From the NCBI GenBank assembly GCA_025594325.1, contig JANHCV010000008.1, positions 682,001 to 746,000 of the forward strand: a stretch of DNA of 64,000 nt. Direction: 5' to 3'. Origin of the DNA: Blastocladiella emersonii ATCC 22665. Lineage: Eukaryota > Fungi > Blastocladiomycota. The notes under the pieces were generated by a model. The model made no database searches and had not been told where the DNA came from. It saw nothing but the letters and a program-made list of their open reading frames with translations. The stretch's first letter is position 1, and the number at the start of each line of letters is the position of its first letter. The position numbers and the translations under genes are program-made. Below are positions 1 to 11,435 of this stretch, piece by piece.

Positions 1-287
1 TGAGTGTGCGATGCCAATAAGATCCTATGCTTGATGGATCCGGACTCGACCATGGCCCAGGACTTACCTTAGCGATGCACTTTGTTGAAGTCGCCGAGCA
101 GATTGAACGCAAGGTTTGCTCGGTCGCCTGCGCGAAGATAACGTATCTCATACGTTGCAAAGCTTTCGTGCGAGGGTCGCTGTAAGGAGTAACATGATCC
201 ACCGAAGTGGACGCGCCAACAGGTATCGATTGTTCACTGAGAAGACGTACGGGCGCGCTCGTTAGTACAGCATAAACCAGGATTTTT

Positions 288-480
288 TTACCAATATCTA
301 ACGCACAAGAGGAGTTTGTGGACTGTCTCGCCGTTCTCCTTCGTGTGTCTCAGCTTCAGCTCCCAAAGCCGTCCGCCAAAGAAAATCGGAGCGTTCGAGA
401 GCTCGGGAAACAAGCCGTCCTTGAAAGTAAACGTAAACGGAACGATGAAGAAGGGAAGCCAGAGTGGACTAAAACGCATG
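288..480 (-). pseudogene. Fragment resembling the C-terminal MATH/TRAF-like part of the BTB gene at 9416
   Basis: FTFTF...SNAPIFFGGRLWEL resembles VTLTF...SKSIFFGGHSRQL in the 9416-10768 product; no complete gene could be reconstructed. Confidence 0.25.
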
Positions 481-1216
481 TGCCATGACACAGCGATTAC
501 TCCAACTGTCGACTTCCGTCACGCTCAACTGTCGCTGACGGCGCGGGACGTGCTTCTTTCGCGCGGCGCAAGCGAGTCGGCGCGGAGAGCCGCAGCGCAT
601 CCTGTCGCGCACGGAGCAGCGTGTACTTGGGATGGTTTGACGTCAATAATGTCGATGCAGCCAAGCTAGGTGATCCGGGCACAGTAGCATGGGAGCGGCG
701 GCCGCGATCAAGAACGAGGCGACCGAGACAGCGATCAACTCGACAGCCGTCAAGTCGCCCTCGGTGCCAAGGAAGACTCGCAAAGTGGACACGAAGGAGC
801 CCAAGAGCATCGAAGTAGCGCTCTCGAGGGAGTGGGGCAGTGAGGCGACGAAGAGCGGCGAGAACGCACGTCCTACGTCCACCGCTCAACTTGCCTGTGT
901 CCCAACCTGTCTGTAGACGCGCTCGCAGCTCGCAGACGTTGCGCTGAGTGCATATCCGCGTACCGATCGAGTGTTGGCTCGCGCGCGTTCGTGCCTGGGC
1001 GCGTGCGGGCGATGCGATGAGGGTGCGGGCGCGGTTGAACTGTGGGCGTGACCGCGGGCGCCACCCAAAACGCGAACGAACCGCAGCAGACGCCGCCAGC
1101 CGAGGCCACCGCCCGCCCACCCTTTGCGCCCGCGCTCTCTCGCTCGCTCTCGCTTCGAGCAACATCCGGCAACTCGCAACTCGCACCTCGCACATCAAGA
1201 CCTCAAGACCACGCAC

Positions 1217-2329
1217 CATGACCCTCAACGGCCACCACCACAACGCGCAGTACTCGCTTAGCGCCGGCGTCAGCGTCGCCTCGACCCACGCTCCGGCCCC
1301 ATCGTCGTCTGTGTCGTCGCTCGCGATGCAGCTCGAGTCGACCCTCGTGCTCACGCCCGCGCCGGCGCCCGCTGCATCCAGCACGGTCGCCCAGTCCAAC
1401 CACGCGTTCAACATGACCTCGATTCACGACGAGCTCGCGTACGGCGCGCTGCCTAAGTTCGGCGAGGTGCCGGACACGGAGCTCAACGCGACGCACAGTT
1501 TCGGCGCCTGGTGGTGATACGGCTCGCGCAGATGTGGTGTGCAGACGCCTTCGGTGAGCTGCTGTACACGTATCTCTTCGCATCGACGCACGACGTGCCG
1601 AGCGCACTGGCCGCAGCAATACATCTCCCTCGGTTTGCTGTCACATGTTCCAGAGAAGTTTCGCGAGAGGATTGTTGGCGCTGCGTGCGGAAGCGAAGGA
1701 CGGCCGACCGCGGTGAGTTGGCGAAGACCGACGGGCAGAACGATCGGCAATGTCGTCAAGCAGGTCGCGACGCTGCTGCCCACGCTTGCGGCGGCGCGTC
1801 GCACACGACGAACTGTGAGCCGCGTTTCGGCGCGGAACTTCATCTCGATCGTCAAATACACTCAAACTGATGGCGGTGCGGCTCCCTGCAGCCGAGACGC
1901 ATCGGCGCGCGAGCGAGAAGTGCGTGTCGCACACAGCAAGCGAATCGAACCGGTTGCGTGAAAGCTCAGCTGGCTCAGGAGCCAGTGTGGAACGAGGAGA
2001 GCAAGCGTGGACCTCGTCAAGGTCAGCTCAAGCACGACTTTCGCGAAGCTGCGCGTTCAGTGCCTTCGGCCGTGCCGCGCCAACACGCAGAGGCACCGCA
2101 ACTCCCTCGGTACATCCAAACCAGCCGTCGCTCGGCCCCGAGGATGGCGGCCTCAGCTCGCAGTCGCTGCTTCGCGTTGCCGTCCGTCTCAGCACGCGGC
2201 CCGCGCAGTCTCGGCTCCCATTGCAAAGCCGCTCGGATCGCTGCGGCGGCACCGCCAGATCGGATCATCTCGTTTCATGGAAGTGAAATCCGCTTCATCA
2301 TCCAAGGGGTGCAGGGGGAACGAAGCTAG
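1217..2329 (+). CDS. Hypothetical multi-exon host gene; exon structure uncertain
   Basis: ATG at 1217 with GC3-rich coding-like codons; several GTGAGY donors and YAG acceptors; no recognisable domain. Confidence 0.3.
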
Positions 2330-2604
2330 CCATGCGAGCGGTCTATTGGCCTCGGCCGGGTGCGCGCGACCTCACGTGCGCCGTTGCTACGCGAGGTCGC
2401 CTTCTCGATTCGACGTCTCCCGCTGTCCCACGCTACAGATGAGCATCTCATGAATCTTGCACGCAGCTAGCGACTCGTCGCAACGTGTAGCAGCCGAGGC
2501 GAAGCCAGCGCCGCGCACGACGGGCGGTCGGGTAGCACGCACCTCACTCGCGGCGAGGTCGAAAGATGCAAAGAGGAGCATGAGCTATGTTATGAATGAA
2601 CCAT

Positions 2605-3966
2605 CTACCCAGTGCACACACTCTTGGGCTTCGCGAGGGCCTCACGGAGCCCGCGCATCGCGACCGTCGACCCGTAGTTGGCCGACCGCGCGTCGCCGAC
2701 GTTGCACCCGCCGTTGGTCTGAATCCCGATCGCGACGTCGCCGACGATGAGCGGCGAGCCCGAGCTACCAGCCTCGCAATCGATACGGTGCGTGACGTGC
2801 TCGGCGCCCTCGAACGCCACGAGCTTGCCGTTCGACGACTGCTGCACCTGCTCGAGCTGCTTGCGGTTGGCGTCGCGCACGATCCCGTACCCCGTCATCG
2901 TGATGGTCGCGCCGACCTTGACGCCCTGGCCGTCCTTGATCAAGCCCGTCGCCTCGTCGACCGCCGCGAGCGTGAACGCCTGCCCGCCCGCCGCGTCGCG
3001 GAACTTGAGCCCCGTGTTCGGGTTCGCGCGCGTGCCGAAATACGCCCAGTCCTCGGTGCCCTCGAGCGGGTCCGAGTCGTTGTCGGCGAACGTGAGCGCG
3101 TACTGCACCGACGCTGGGTCGACTGGGTACTGGAACTGCGGCGGCGGGTGCCGCGAGAAGGCGAGCTTGGTCCCCTGCACGGTGACGACCGACGACAGTG
3201 GTACGTTCGACTGCAGGACCTGCTCGGCCGCGTCGACGCCGTCGAAACAGTGGCCCGCAGTCAGCAGGCACCCCGCGCGGTCGTTGATCGTGAACGCCGT
3301 GCATCCTACGGGGAACAGGCGGGCGACACGCGCGTCGGTCGACGCCTTGCGCGGGTCCGCGGCGCTGCACATGGACGCGGGCGGCGGCAGGACGATCGGG
3401 TCGGCGACGTTGCCGCGCTCGTGGTTGACGACGACCGAGGACACGACAATTGACACGTTCTGCGGGATCGGGAGGACGGGGTTGCCGAGCAGCTCAACCT
3501 TGAGCTTGCCGCCGTTGAAGAAGGCCGAGCGGAAGTTCCACTGCTTGAGCGTGTACGCGTTGAGCCACTGCACCGACCCGTCGAGCAGGTTGGTGATCTT
3601 GAGGATGTCGCCCGACTGGTTCTCGCCCGCACCGCGGCGGCCGAACAGGTCCATGCGCAGGACCGTGCGCTCCGGATCGAAGACGAGGCGCGACCACTGC
3701 ACGTTGCCGCGCTTCGGGTCGATGCTGCTGAGATCGACCGTCTGCGTGAACAGCACGGGCCGCTCGCGCGCGGCCGCTTCGATCTTGACGGGGATGTTCT
3801 CCTGGCCGAACGAGAAGGGCAGCGTGATCATGTTGCGCTGCTGGACCAGCTCGAGCGGCGAGCGGCGGCGGCCGCGCTTGGTGGCGGTCGGCGCGGAGTG
3901 TACGGCGACGATGCCAGCGAGGATCGCGACGAGGAGGATCAGCAGCTTGCGGTTCTTGCGTCTCAT
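2605..3966 (-). CDS. Secreted trypsin-like (S1) serine protease with long propeptide, 453 aa, intronless
   Basis: Signal peptide (LLILLVAILAGIVAVHS); catalytic triad motifs LLTAGHC, DWAYF and GSSGSPL. Confidence 0.88.
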   Translation of the reverse strand: MRRKNRKLLILLVAILAGIVAVHSAPTATKRGRRRSPLELVQQRNMITLPFSFGQENIPVKIEAAARERPVLFTQTVDLSSIDPKRGNVQWSRLVFDPERTVLRMDLFGRRGAGENQSGDILKITNLLDGSVQWLNAYTLKQWNFRSAFFNGGKLKVELLGNPVLPIPQNVSIVVSSVVVNHERGNVADPIVLPPPASMCSAADPRKASTDARVARLFPVGCTAFTINDRAGCLLTAGHCFDGVDAAEQVLQSNVPLSSVVTVQGTKLAFSRHPPPQFQYPVDPASVQYALTFADNDSDPLEGTEDWAYFGTRANPNTGLKFRDAAGGQAFTLAAVDEATGLIKDGQGVKVGATITMTGYGIVRDANRKQLEQVQQSSNGKLVAFEGAEHVTHRIDCEAGSSGSPLIVGDVAIGIQTNGGCNVGDARSANYGSTVAMRGLREALAKPKSVCTG

Positions 3967-4352
3967 GGTTGGTGGGTGGCGTGGCCGGAGAGAGCAGGGC
4001 GAGCGGGGCCTTCGGCCGCATTTGTAGTGGGGTGCGCTCGGCGAGAGACGGCTAGTGTGGCGAAGCTGCTCGTCGCCGACTTGCCAAAGCGAGAGCTCTT
4101 GCGCTTGAGTTGCAACAACTGCGCGTGTTGTTCATCGAGCGGCCCACATGGGCCCACTCCGCCGCGCTTTCAGCCAGTCGTTACTGCAAATCGTCGGCTC
4201 GACGCGCGCTGGTCAAACGCACGTGCCTGCTTGGAAGAGCGTTAAGCACTTGACGAGCTTCCTGCGTAGACGAGAAACGAGGAACCGTTTTTCCGGGGTC
4301 GATGAGCTTTAGAGAGCAACCGACGCGAGGACGTTCGGCTGAGAGACGCGAG

Positions 4353-4373
4353 ACGCGTCGAGAAATCACGCGA
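4353..4373 (+). promoter_or_regulatory. Shared upstream motif ACGCGT-N6-ATCACGCGA (BTB pseudogene)
   Basis: About 85 bp before the ATG at 4459; same spacing as six other copies. Confidence 0.55.
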
Positions 4374-4458
4374 GCATCGAGTGGCTCTGCTGGTCACCTC
4401 GACGCGACCAGCTTTCCCATGCACACTCTCTAGTGGCACCCGAACAAACCTCCTCATC

Positions 4459-4750
4459 ATGGATCAACTTGATGCAACAAGTGAAAAACTGCCGACGCCG
4501 ACGTCAACATCGTGGTCCGCGGCAAGACCTACGCACTGCACCGGGTCGTGCTGCTCGGCGGTGACTGGCACCCGACTGACGACGACCATGCGCTTCGCGT
4601 TGACTTTTCTCTGTCGATCGAGAAGGAGTTGGACGACGGTGGCGCAAACGACTGCGTCGTCAGTGAACGCGCGCTCTACGCGTGGGAAACTGCCATCGCC
4701 GCCGTGTACGGCGCGTGCACCAAGCTTATGCCCGCTCGCATGTCGACTTC
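4459..4750 (+). pseudogene. Truncated, internally deleted copy of the BTB gene 5' end
   Basis: Near-identical blocks to 9419-9830 with deletions; homology stops at ATGTCGACTTC (4750), where LINE-like sequence begins. Confidence 0.8.
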
Positions 4751-5192
4751 GGTCGCTCCGTTTCGCGGGCTCGCCAGACGTGGCAGCGGGCGCAGGCTTC
4801 CTCGTGAGCAGATCACCGGAACTTGCAGTTCGCGTGGGTGCGGGTCCGCCCAACCTGCTCGCTCGGGTGGGCCGTGCTCCGCTGGATCATCGTTGTCCGC
4901 GAGCGCCAGGTCAACTTCGAATGGGTCGGCGGCCACGCCGTAAACTCCGGCAACGAGGAGGCCGACGCGCTCGCCAACAATGGCGCCGCCGCGCATCTAC
5001 CACTTGGAGTCAGCACGGATCTGGACACGCCCTTCACGGCGCGCTGGCGCGGCTGCGACCTCAAGACTCGTTTAACAGGCGCGTACCCGCAATTCAAGCG
5101 ATTGCGCTGCCGCACGGCGCAAGCGCCCCTAGTGGCGCGGGCTTTAGCCCTCGATTGAAAACCAAACGCGAAGCGTTTAGGTGGCTCAAGTC
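4751..5192 (+). mobile_element. Non-LTR retrotransposon 3' remnant (RNase H C-terminus plus 3' end)
   Basis: EWVGGHAVNSGNEEADALA is an RNase H motif; the 3' block 5129-5192 matches 7028-7088. Confidence 0.6.
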
Positions 5193-5715
5193 GAGGTCTA
5201 AAGCCCTCTTTCTAGACCGGGTCGCTGCTGGATAGGGTGCCGACGCTCACGTGAGCGCGATCCACGTGAGCGACCCGAAAACGCGTGACAGACGCGTCGT
5301 TTCTCATGTGACTGCTGTGGCGCAACGCGTCCTGGCCTTGCACGTGATCGGCCTCGGCCCAACCCCCGGAAGCGCGTCGCTTGACGCTGTTCCGCTCGGC
5401 CATCGCGGAACGTTAAACGCTTTGCACCGACCCTCGACCAGGCCCGCGAGACTCCGAGCACATGAAAGCGTGAGAGATGCAGAAGCGCGGTAAGCCGCTA
5501 ACGGAGCCCGTGCTTGGCGTGCGTGTTGGAAAACGGAGCCCGTGTTCGGTGCACATCCTTAAACGACGCGGTTCACCTGGGAGCCGCTAGCGCAGGCTCG
5601 TTGACGTGGGCGCGAGTTCAACGGTTGCACCGAGAACGACTTGCGAGGTCCCATGAACGTGAGTTCGAGTGAGGACTGCGAGGTCGAGAGATCCACTCTT
5701 TGAGTTGCGGTCCGT

Positions 5716-7098
5716 TACACGGACGTGTCGCTCCGTGGCTTGGGTTTGCCAGACGTTGCAGCGGGCGCAGACGTCTTCGTGAGCGGATCGCAGGAGCTCG
5801 CTGTTCGCGTGGGTGCGGGTCCGCGCAACGTGCTCGCTCGAGTGGGCCGTGCTCCGCTGGATCATCGCGGCCCGCGAGCTCCAGGTCGAGAGGGTCCGTG
5901 GCCACGCTGTGAACTTGGAGAATGAGGAGGCCGACGCGCTCGCCAACAAGGGCTGCCGCGCATCTCCCGCTGTGAATCGCCGTTGCCGTCCGCGCGGACC
6001 TCGATGCGCCCTTCACGGCGCGCAGGCGCGGCTGCAACTTCAACTCAGTCCCGCGACGCGCTCTCCGCCGCCTGCACGACGCGCGACACGACCCGCTGCT
6101 CGCTCTGATCGCGTCCGCTGGCATCACGTCCTCCCCCATCGATGTCCCAGCCCTTGTCACTGCGCTTCGGGGCAGCACGCGCCGCATCCACCCGAGCGAG
6201 TCCCTCACCGCGAACTCGCTCCCGTGCTTCCAGCTCCGCGCGCTCGCAGGCCAGCTGCCGACCCGCGGCTGTTTGCACCAGCTCTGGCCGCACCGCTACG
6301 AGTCCCCCAACTGCGCCGAATGCCCAAAAACTGGCGGCAAGGTCGCCGACACTCAAGCGTACGCGTTTGAGTGCACACTCTTCGCGCGCAATCGTCTCCG
6401 CGGCACTGGACGACGTCCGCATCGCAAACGCCCTCGCGGCGGTCGACAAGGGCTAGATCGGGGGCGGGCTCCGCACCAGCGTCACTGGATCGCTCGCCGA
6501 GCGCCTTCTCAACCCAAAACACATGAAGCACCGTGGCCGCCATCGTGGACGCACCACTCGTCGCGTGGTTCAAACAGCTCTACTGAGACGAACCCATCGA
6601 TCCACGCCTCGCGCTCCTGCCGCGACGGCCATCGCCTCGAGCGCCATGCAGGAGCTTGCTTGGCGCCCTCGCTGCAGCGCGATTGCTGATGTCGCGCCGG
6701 TGACACATGACGGTGCCCTGCCGCCACTGAACGCGAGCGACCAACCGCACCATCCTTTGTTGAAGCGCGCGCATCGCGCAGCAGGGGAACGCGCTGTGCT
6801 GTGACGCGCTGTGCTGTGACGCGCAAAGCTGCGACGCGCAAAGCTGCGACGCGCAAAGCTGCGACGCGCAAAGCTGCGACGCGCAAAGCTGCGACGCGCC
6901 GTGCTGCGACGCGCCGATCTCCGACCCCTCCGTTGAGTACTGCAGCATGAGTGATGTGAAAGGTTTGTTCAACGGGCGCCTACTCACGGCTCGAGCGGAA
7001 GCGCGCCTGTACGGCACAAGCGCCCAATGTGGCGTGGGCTTTAGCCCTCGATTGAAAACCAGACGCGAAGCGTCTAGGTGCCTCAAGTAAAATAAAAA
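5716..7098 (+). mobile_element. Non-LTR retrotransposon 3' remnant (RNase H, zf-RVT-like zinc finger, A-rich end)
   Basis: VRGHAVNLENEEADALA; FQLRALAGQLPTRGCLHQLWPHRYESPNCAEC...DTQAYAFEC; ends TAAAATAAAAA; frameshifted. Confidence 0.65.
6791..6912. repeat. 15-bp minisatellite (GCTGCGACGCGCAAA)n, about 8 copies
   Basis: Direct tandem repeat visible in the sequence. Confidence 0.92.
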
Positions 7099-7187
7099 CG
7101 ACACCGTTTCGCAGGGATCAGGGGCGCAAGGGTGGGGGTGTGCGAGGCTGAGGGGAAGAGAGAAGCGACGTCAGGCCCCCCGGAACG

Positions 7188-7208
7188 ACGCGTTTCGATA
7201 TCATGTGA
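7188..7208 (+). promoter_or_regulatory. Shared upstream motif ACGCGT-N6-ATCATGTGA (RS/Gag-like gene A1)
   Basis: 86 bp before the ATG at 7295. Confidence 0.6.
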
Positions 7209-7294
7209 CCAAAACGTGATGCCTTCTCAAAAGGTGAAACCGCGCGGTTCACGCAGCGAGCGTGTCTCGCTCGTTCCCACATGTAAACCACAAG

Positions 7295-8986
7295 ATGAAT
7301 CACTATGGAACTTCATGCAACCTGTTGGCCGAGTCTGCTTCGGCGCTTTGCGATGGCGCAAACGCCCCGCGCCGCGAATCCGTGCCGCGCGCCGATTCCG
7401 GGACAGACCTACCGAACTTAGGCACTGACGGAGGGCGGACCTACGAAAGCTCGCTACTGCAAATTTTGAGTCTGCGCTTACAACTGATTCACCTGACGCT
7501 ACGCATGCGGGACCCTTCAATCGGACGCGGGGAGGTGGGCCTGCTGAAGGAACAATCTGCGCGCGCGGCGCGCGAGATACACGAACTTGAGCGTACCTTG
7601 GCTTCGTTCGAGCGCTCGACCAACAACGATTGCATGCGGGAACGTAATGGACCCACAGCTGATCCGCAACCGCTCACCACTCCCGATGCTGCTCGCCGCC
7701 GCTCGTCGCGCGAGCGACTTCGCGACCGTTCGCCCGTTCGTCCCAAAAGCGAACCCCGCCGAGATCGGTCTCCAGCTCGTCCCCGCCGTGAGCGTTCGCC
7801 TCACCGTCGGGAAGGGCGCTCGCCTCACCGTGGGCACGGGCGCTCGCCATCTCCAAGTCGCTCGCGGCGTGAACGGCGACGGTCGCACTCGCGCTCTCGG
7901 TCCGCATCACGCTCATCGCGACACCGGCACCGGCACCGGCACCGCTCCTCCCGCTCGCGCTCTCCAATGCTCCCAACGTACCGCGAAGTGCGCTCCCTCG
8001 TCGTTGCAGCTGCGCAGGAACTTTCTTCTGCAAAACTTCGCAAGCTTTTCCACCACATGCGCGACACCGGCCCCACTTTTCGGCAAGTTGAAAGCATGCC
8101 GCATCGCTCCACGAACGACCCGCGCGAGTTTGTTGAGTGGGTCCGCCGCGCGGCGGCATCGCCCGACTGTATCCCGCACCCCGTCACGCTTGCACAGGCG
8201 CTGCTGGCGTGCAGCTCGAATGTTCCGTGGCGCGTCTACCACGTCTACTCGGTCTTTATTCGCTACGACACGCCCGAAGAGGAGGCCAAACGGATCTTTC
8301 TCGACTCGGTCAATCCCGCCGATCCTGCGCGCCGCGACTGGGCTGCTCGGTGGCTTAACATTTCTCGAGAGCCCGGCACGCCTGCGACCGAATTTTACCC
8401 CAAGTGGCACGCACTGCTCGAAGAAGCGGTTCACGGCCGCGCCGAGGAGCTTGAGCGGACGTGGCCGATTAAGCTCAGTTTTGGCGAGCGACTGCTCCAG
8501 TTCATGGACCCAGTTCCGACGCAGTTGCACAACATCATCTGGCACGCCGCCGGCACCGTGTCGTACATGAACGACGCCGTCAAAGGGGAGGTATTCGCCC
8601 CGGCTTCCTGCCGCGACGCTCCGTGGCCCATCGGCTGCTGGTTCTGTGTCAAAATTGTTGACTTGTGCCCGCCGTCCAGTCGCGTCCACCCTCGGAACTC
8701 GTGCCCGCTCATCTTCCACCCTTACGCGCTTTCCGAGGCGCTTGTCGCCGCGATGCGCGCCACAGGAATTGACTGGCGGCAGCAGACTAGTAACGCACGC
8801 CCCGCCGACCAAACGCTGGATCGCGTGCGCGCTCGGTTGCGCGCGGCCCCCGTCCGATCTTCCACTGTGCAGATGGGAATGCACGTGGTTGAAGCGGTGT
8901 TCAAGATGGGGCGGCAGCTCCGCGACCGCTTGCTCAGCATGGTTGTGCCAGTGATTGACGAGTTGTGGAACAAGAAACAAAGCTGA
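7295..8986 (+). CDS. RS-rich Gag-like superfamily protein A1
   Basis: Long ORF (track 7262-8986; ATG at 7295); RS tract; core LAQALLAC...RWLNISREPGTPATEFYPKW; CWFC-X13-H-X4-C knuckle; paralogous to 11436 and 16323. Confidence 0.75.
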   Translation: MNHYGTSCNLLAESASALCDGANAPRRESVPRADSGTDLPNLGTDGGRTYESSLLQILSLRLQLIHLTLRMRDPSIGRGEVGLLKEQSARAAREIHELERTLASFERSTNNDCMRERNGPTADPQPLTTPDAARRRSSRERLRDRSPVRPKSEPRRDRSPARPRRERSPHRREGRSPHRGHGRSPSPSRSRRERRRSHSRSRSASRSSRHRHRHRHRSSRSRSPMLPTYREVRSLVVAAAQELSSAKLRKLFHHMRDTGPTFRQVESMPHRSTNDPREFVEWVRRAAASPDCIPHPVTLAQALLACSSNVPWRVYHVYSVFIRYDTPEEEAKRIFLDSVNPADPARRDWAARWLNISREPGTPATEFYPKWHALLEEAVHGRAEELERTWPIKLSFGERLLQFMDPVPTQLHNIIWHAAGTVSYMNDAVKGEVFAPASCRDAPWPIGCWFCVKIVDLCPPSSRVHPRNSCPLIFHPYALSEALVAAMRATGIDWRQQTSNARPADQTLDRVRARLRAAPVRSSTVQMGMHVVEAVFKMGRQLRDRLLSMVVPVIDELWNKKQS

Positions 8987-9312
8987 ATTTCATAGTATGT
9001 ATTGGAAAAATTGGGGGTTACCCACGTCCGTGTGGTTGTACTAAAAGGTGGATCTCGGTCGCAAACGTTGAGGGAGAGGGATGTCCGATAGTTGGTAACA
9101 GCTACACATTCACAAACCGAGCATCAAGATGTTTAGACAATGAAGACATGAAGAGGCACAAAGACTGGAAGCCGATGCCAGCGGTTCAGGCGAGAGCGAG
9201 GTGTGACGCGATTACGAAGCGTAGCCTTCCGCGGCAGGAGGCCCCCCATGGGCTTCCGAAATCAACTGGTGCATGGGCTCTTGACTGCGAGACGCGAGAC
9301 TGACGGCGTGAG

Positions 9313-9333
9313 TCGCGACGAGAAATCACGCGA
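9313..9333 (+). promoter_or_regulatory. Shared upstream motif TCGCGA-N6-ATCACGCGA (BTB gene)
   Basis: About 82 bp before the ATG at 9416. Confidence 0.5.
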
Positions 9334-9415
9334 GCGCGGGGTGATGCGGCTGACCAGATGAACGCGCCTGACTCCCCCACGCACGCTCTCTTGTAGCACA
9401 CGAGCAAACCCCCTC

Positions 9416-10768
9416 ATGATGGAGCAACTTGATGCAACAAATGAAAAACTGCCGACACTTGCCGAATCGCTCGCGATCGAGTGCGAGTGCACCACAAAGT
9501 ATCCGCCGGCCGTCCGCCACCTGCAACGCGTCGCCGTCAGCGGCGAACACTCCAACATGAATGTCGTGGTCCGCGGCAAGACTTATGCGCTGCACCGGGT
9601 CGTTCTCACCCAGAGCCCGTTCTTTCGGGCGCTGCTCGGCGGCGACTGGCACCCAGCCGGTGACGACCACGCGCTTCGCGTTGACTTTTCGCTGTCAAGC
9701 GAGAAGGAGTTGGGCGACGGTGGTGCAAGCCTCGACACCAATGAACGCGCTCTCTACGCGTGGGAAACTGCCATCACCGCCGTGTACGGCGCGTGCACCA
9801 AGCTTATGGCCGCTCGCATGTCGACTTCAAACTTGATGGACATACTTGATGCAGCCCTTTATTTCGGTACGCCACGCGCTGACATGTCAATAAGTCGTCT
9901 CACTCCTGAACACACCCGCGTTTTAGATCTCTCTTCACTTGCGAATGCTTGCCGCGAGTACTACTTGGACCAGGTCGCCAACTGCTCCGCCACTACCGGT
10001 CCGCCATCACCGGCCTTTGTCGCCCTGGCTGTCCGCATGATGGCCCTTTGCTTGGAGGGCGAGCTCCCCAAACCTATCGCTGGGTTGTTTGATCTCACCA
10101 TTGCTCATCTCGAGTTTCTTGGACCTCACCCTATCACGCGCGCGGTCCTAGCTCAGTGTGAGCCCAAGCTTGTCTCTCGCATCGTTTGTTCGCCAGCTTT
10201 CTGGATCCCTTCCGAGTTCCAGTTTTTCGAGTTTCTCGCTGACCTCAAGGTGCCAGCCGTCGACATTCTACGCGCTGTCAAGTTTTCCAACATGTCTGAT
10301 GACGAGCTGTTCCGAGTACTTTCTAATGCGTTTACCCAGAGCGATTCACATTTCCGCTTTGGACTCAGCGCGTTGGCCTTCGAAGCACACAAACTTCGTG
10401 TTTCGGTCGGTCAAGCTAAAAAGGACGATGAACGGCTGCCTCAACCTGGCTACCCTGAGCCGCCAACGACATCCGAACCAATTCGATGGAGTGGCTCAAC
10501 CAAGGACAAGGATGACGGCTTAGAATTAGTTCTGGACACCTTTTTGGCTGCCCAGCGACACTGCCTGCGTGTGACGCTTACATTCCCAGCCGACTCTGAC
10601 GCTGATGTCCATCGGTCCAAATCAATCTTCTTCGGTGGACATTCTCGGCAGCTCCAGGCTACGCGCCAAACGGAGAAGTTGGACTCGTTTGATGTCAAAC
10701 TGTACGTTACAAATGACTTCGTCTCGACTCCTGTTCGATTGTGGCTCACCTCATCCACACATCCGTAG
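9416..10768 (+). CDS. BTB/POZ-domain protein, 450 aa, possibly with BACK and MATH-like C-terminus
   Basis: SNMNVVVRGKTYALHRVVLTQSPFFRALL is a typical BTB N-terminal signature. Confidence 0.8.
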   Translation: MMEQLDATNEKLPTLAESLAIECECTTKYPPAVRHLQRVAVSGEHSNMNVVVRGKTYALHRVVLTQSPFFRALLGGDWHPAGDDHALRVDFSLSSEKELGDGGASLDTNERALYAWETAITAVYGACTKLMAARMSTSNLMDILDAALYFGTPRADMSISRLTPEHTRVLDLSSLANACREYYLDQVANCSATTGPPSPAFVALAVRMMALCLEGELPKPIAGLFDLTIAHLEFLGPHPITRAVLAQCEPKLVSRIVCSPAFWIPSEFQFFEFLADLKVPAVDILRAVKFSNMSDDELFRVLSNAFTQSDSHFRFGLSALAFEAHKLRVSVGQAKKDDERLPQPGYPEPPTTSEPIRWSGSTKDKDDGLELVLDTFLAAQRHCLRVTLTFPADSDADVHRSKSIFFGGHSRQLQATRQTEKLDSFDVKLYVTNDFVSTPVRLWLTSSTHP

Positions 10769-11325
10769 CCTTGCTTGCAATCCAACCACATCCGCTCCAT
10801 ACGGCGACCTTCGCGAAAAGCCCCTCCAGCGTGCACAATTTTATTGCTACAAAGCGCTCGCTGCTGATTCACTGCTCGCGTGCTCGCTTGCTCAAGGCAC
10901 GTTAAGACTGGCCACATTTGCGCCCAGCTGGTCGAAACCAGTTGCTCTTGTAACGTCGAGACCATGGGGTAGTGTGTACACACCTGCAAAAGGTCTCGTT
11001 GATGGAAAGCCAACCGTTCGCGTGATTGCATTCATGGAACTCTTGTGATTTATCGGGTTCGACCGCTCCAGGTGGTCGCCTTCGCCAGACAGTACGTCCT
11101 TTCGTGCTTCATGTACCCCGCCGAGAAATTCATATAAACTTTACGCGTGCGTGTGAAGCGAAGTTGATTGCGTGGCGCGATGCTGCAGACTTGACGTGAG
11201 GGCAGCCTGAGTGCGGACAGCGAGATCAATCGAAGAGCTCGTCGTCGTTCGTCTCGTGCCCATGAAACGCGTTCAATTCGGCTCACTCGTGCCCGTTTGG
11301 GATGTCAACTCGTTCGCGAAGAAAG

Positions 11326-11346
11326 ACGCGTTTCGGTATTATGTGA
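11326..11346 (+). promoter_or_regulatory. Shared upstream motif ACGCGT-N6-ATTATGTGA (gene A2)
   Basis: 89 bp before the ATG at 11436. Confidence 0.6.
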
Positions 11347-11435
11347 TGAGCACGTGATGCTCCCGCCCGCCAAAAAGCGAAATCGCGCGGCTTCCAGCCA
11401 CCGTGTCTCCCTCGCTCCCACATGCAGCCTTCAAA

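Noticed and set aside
5294-5314. Eighth copy of the upstream motif (ACGCGT-CGTTT-CTCATGTGA)
   Set aside because: Spacing is one base short and no downstream gene was identified
7295-8986. SR splicing factors
   Set aside because: RS tracts are present but no RRM (RNP1/RNP2) is seen; the other domains look Gag-like
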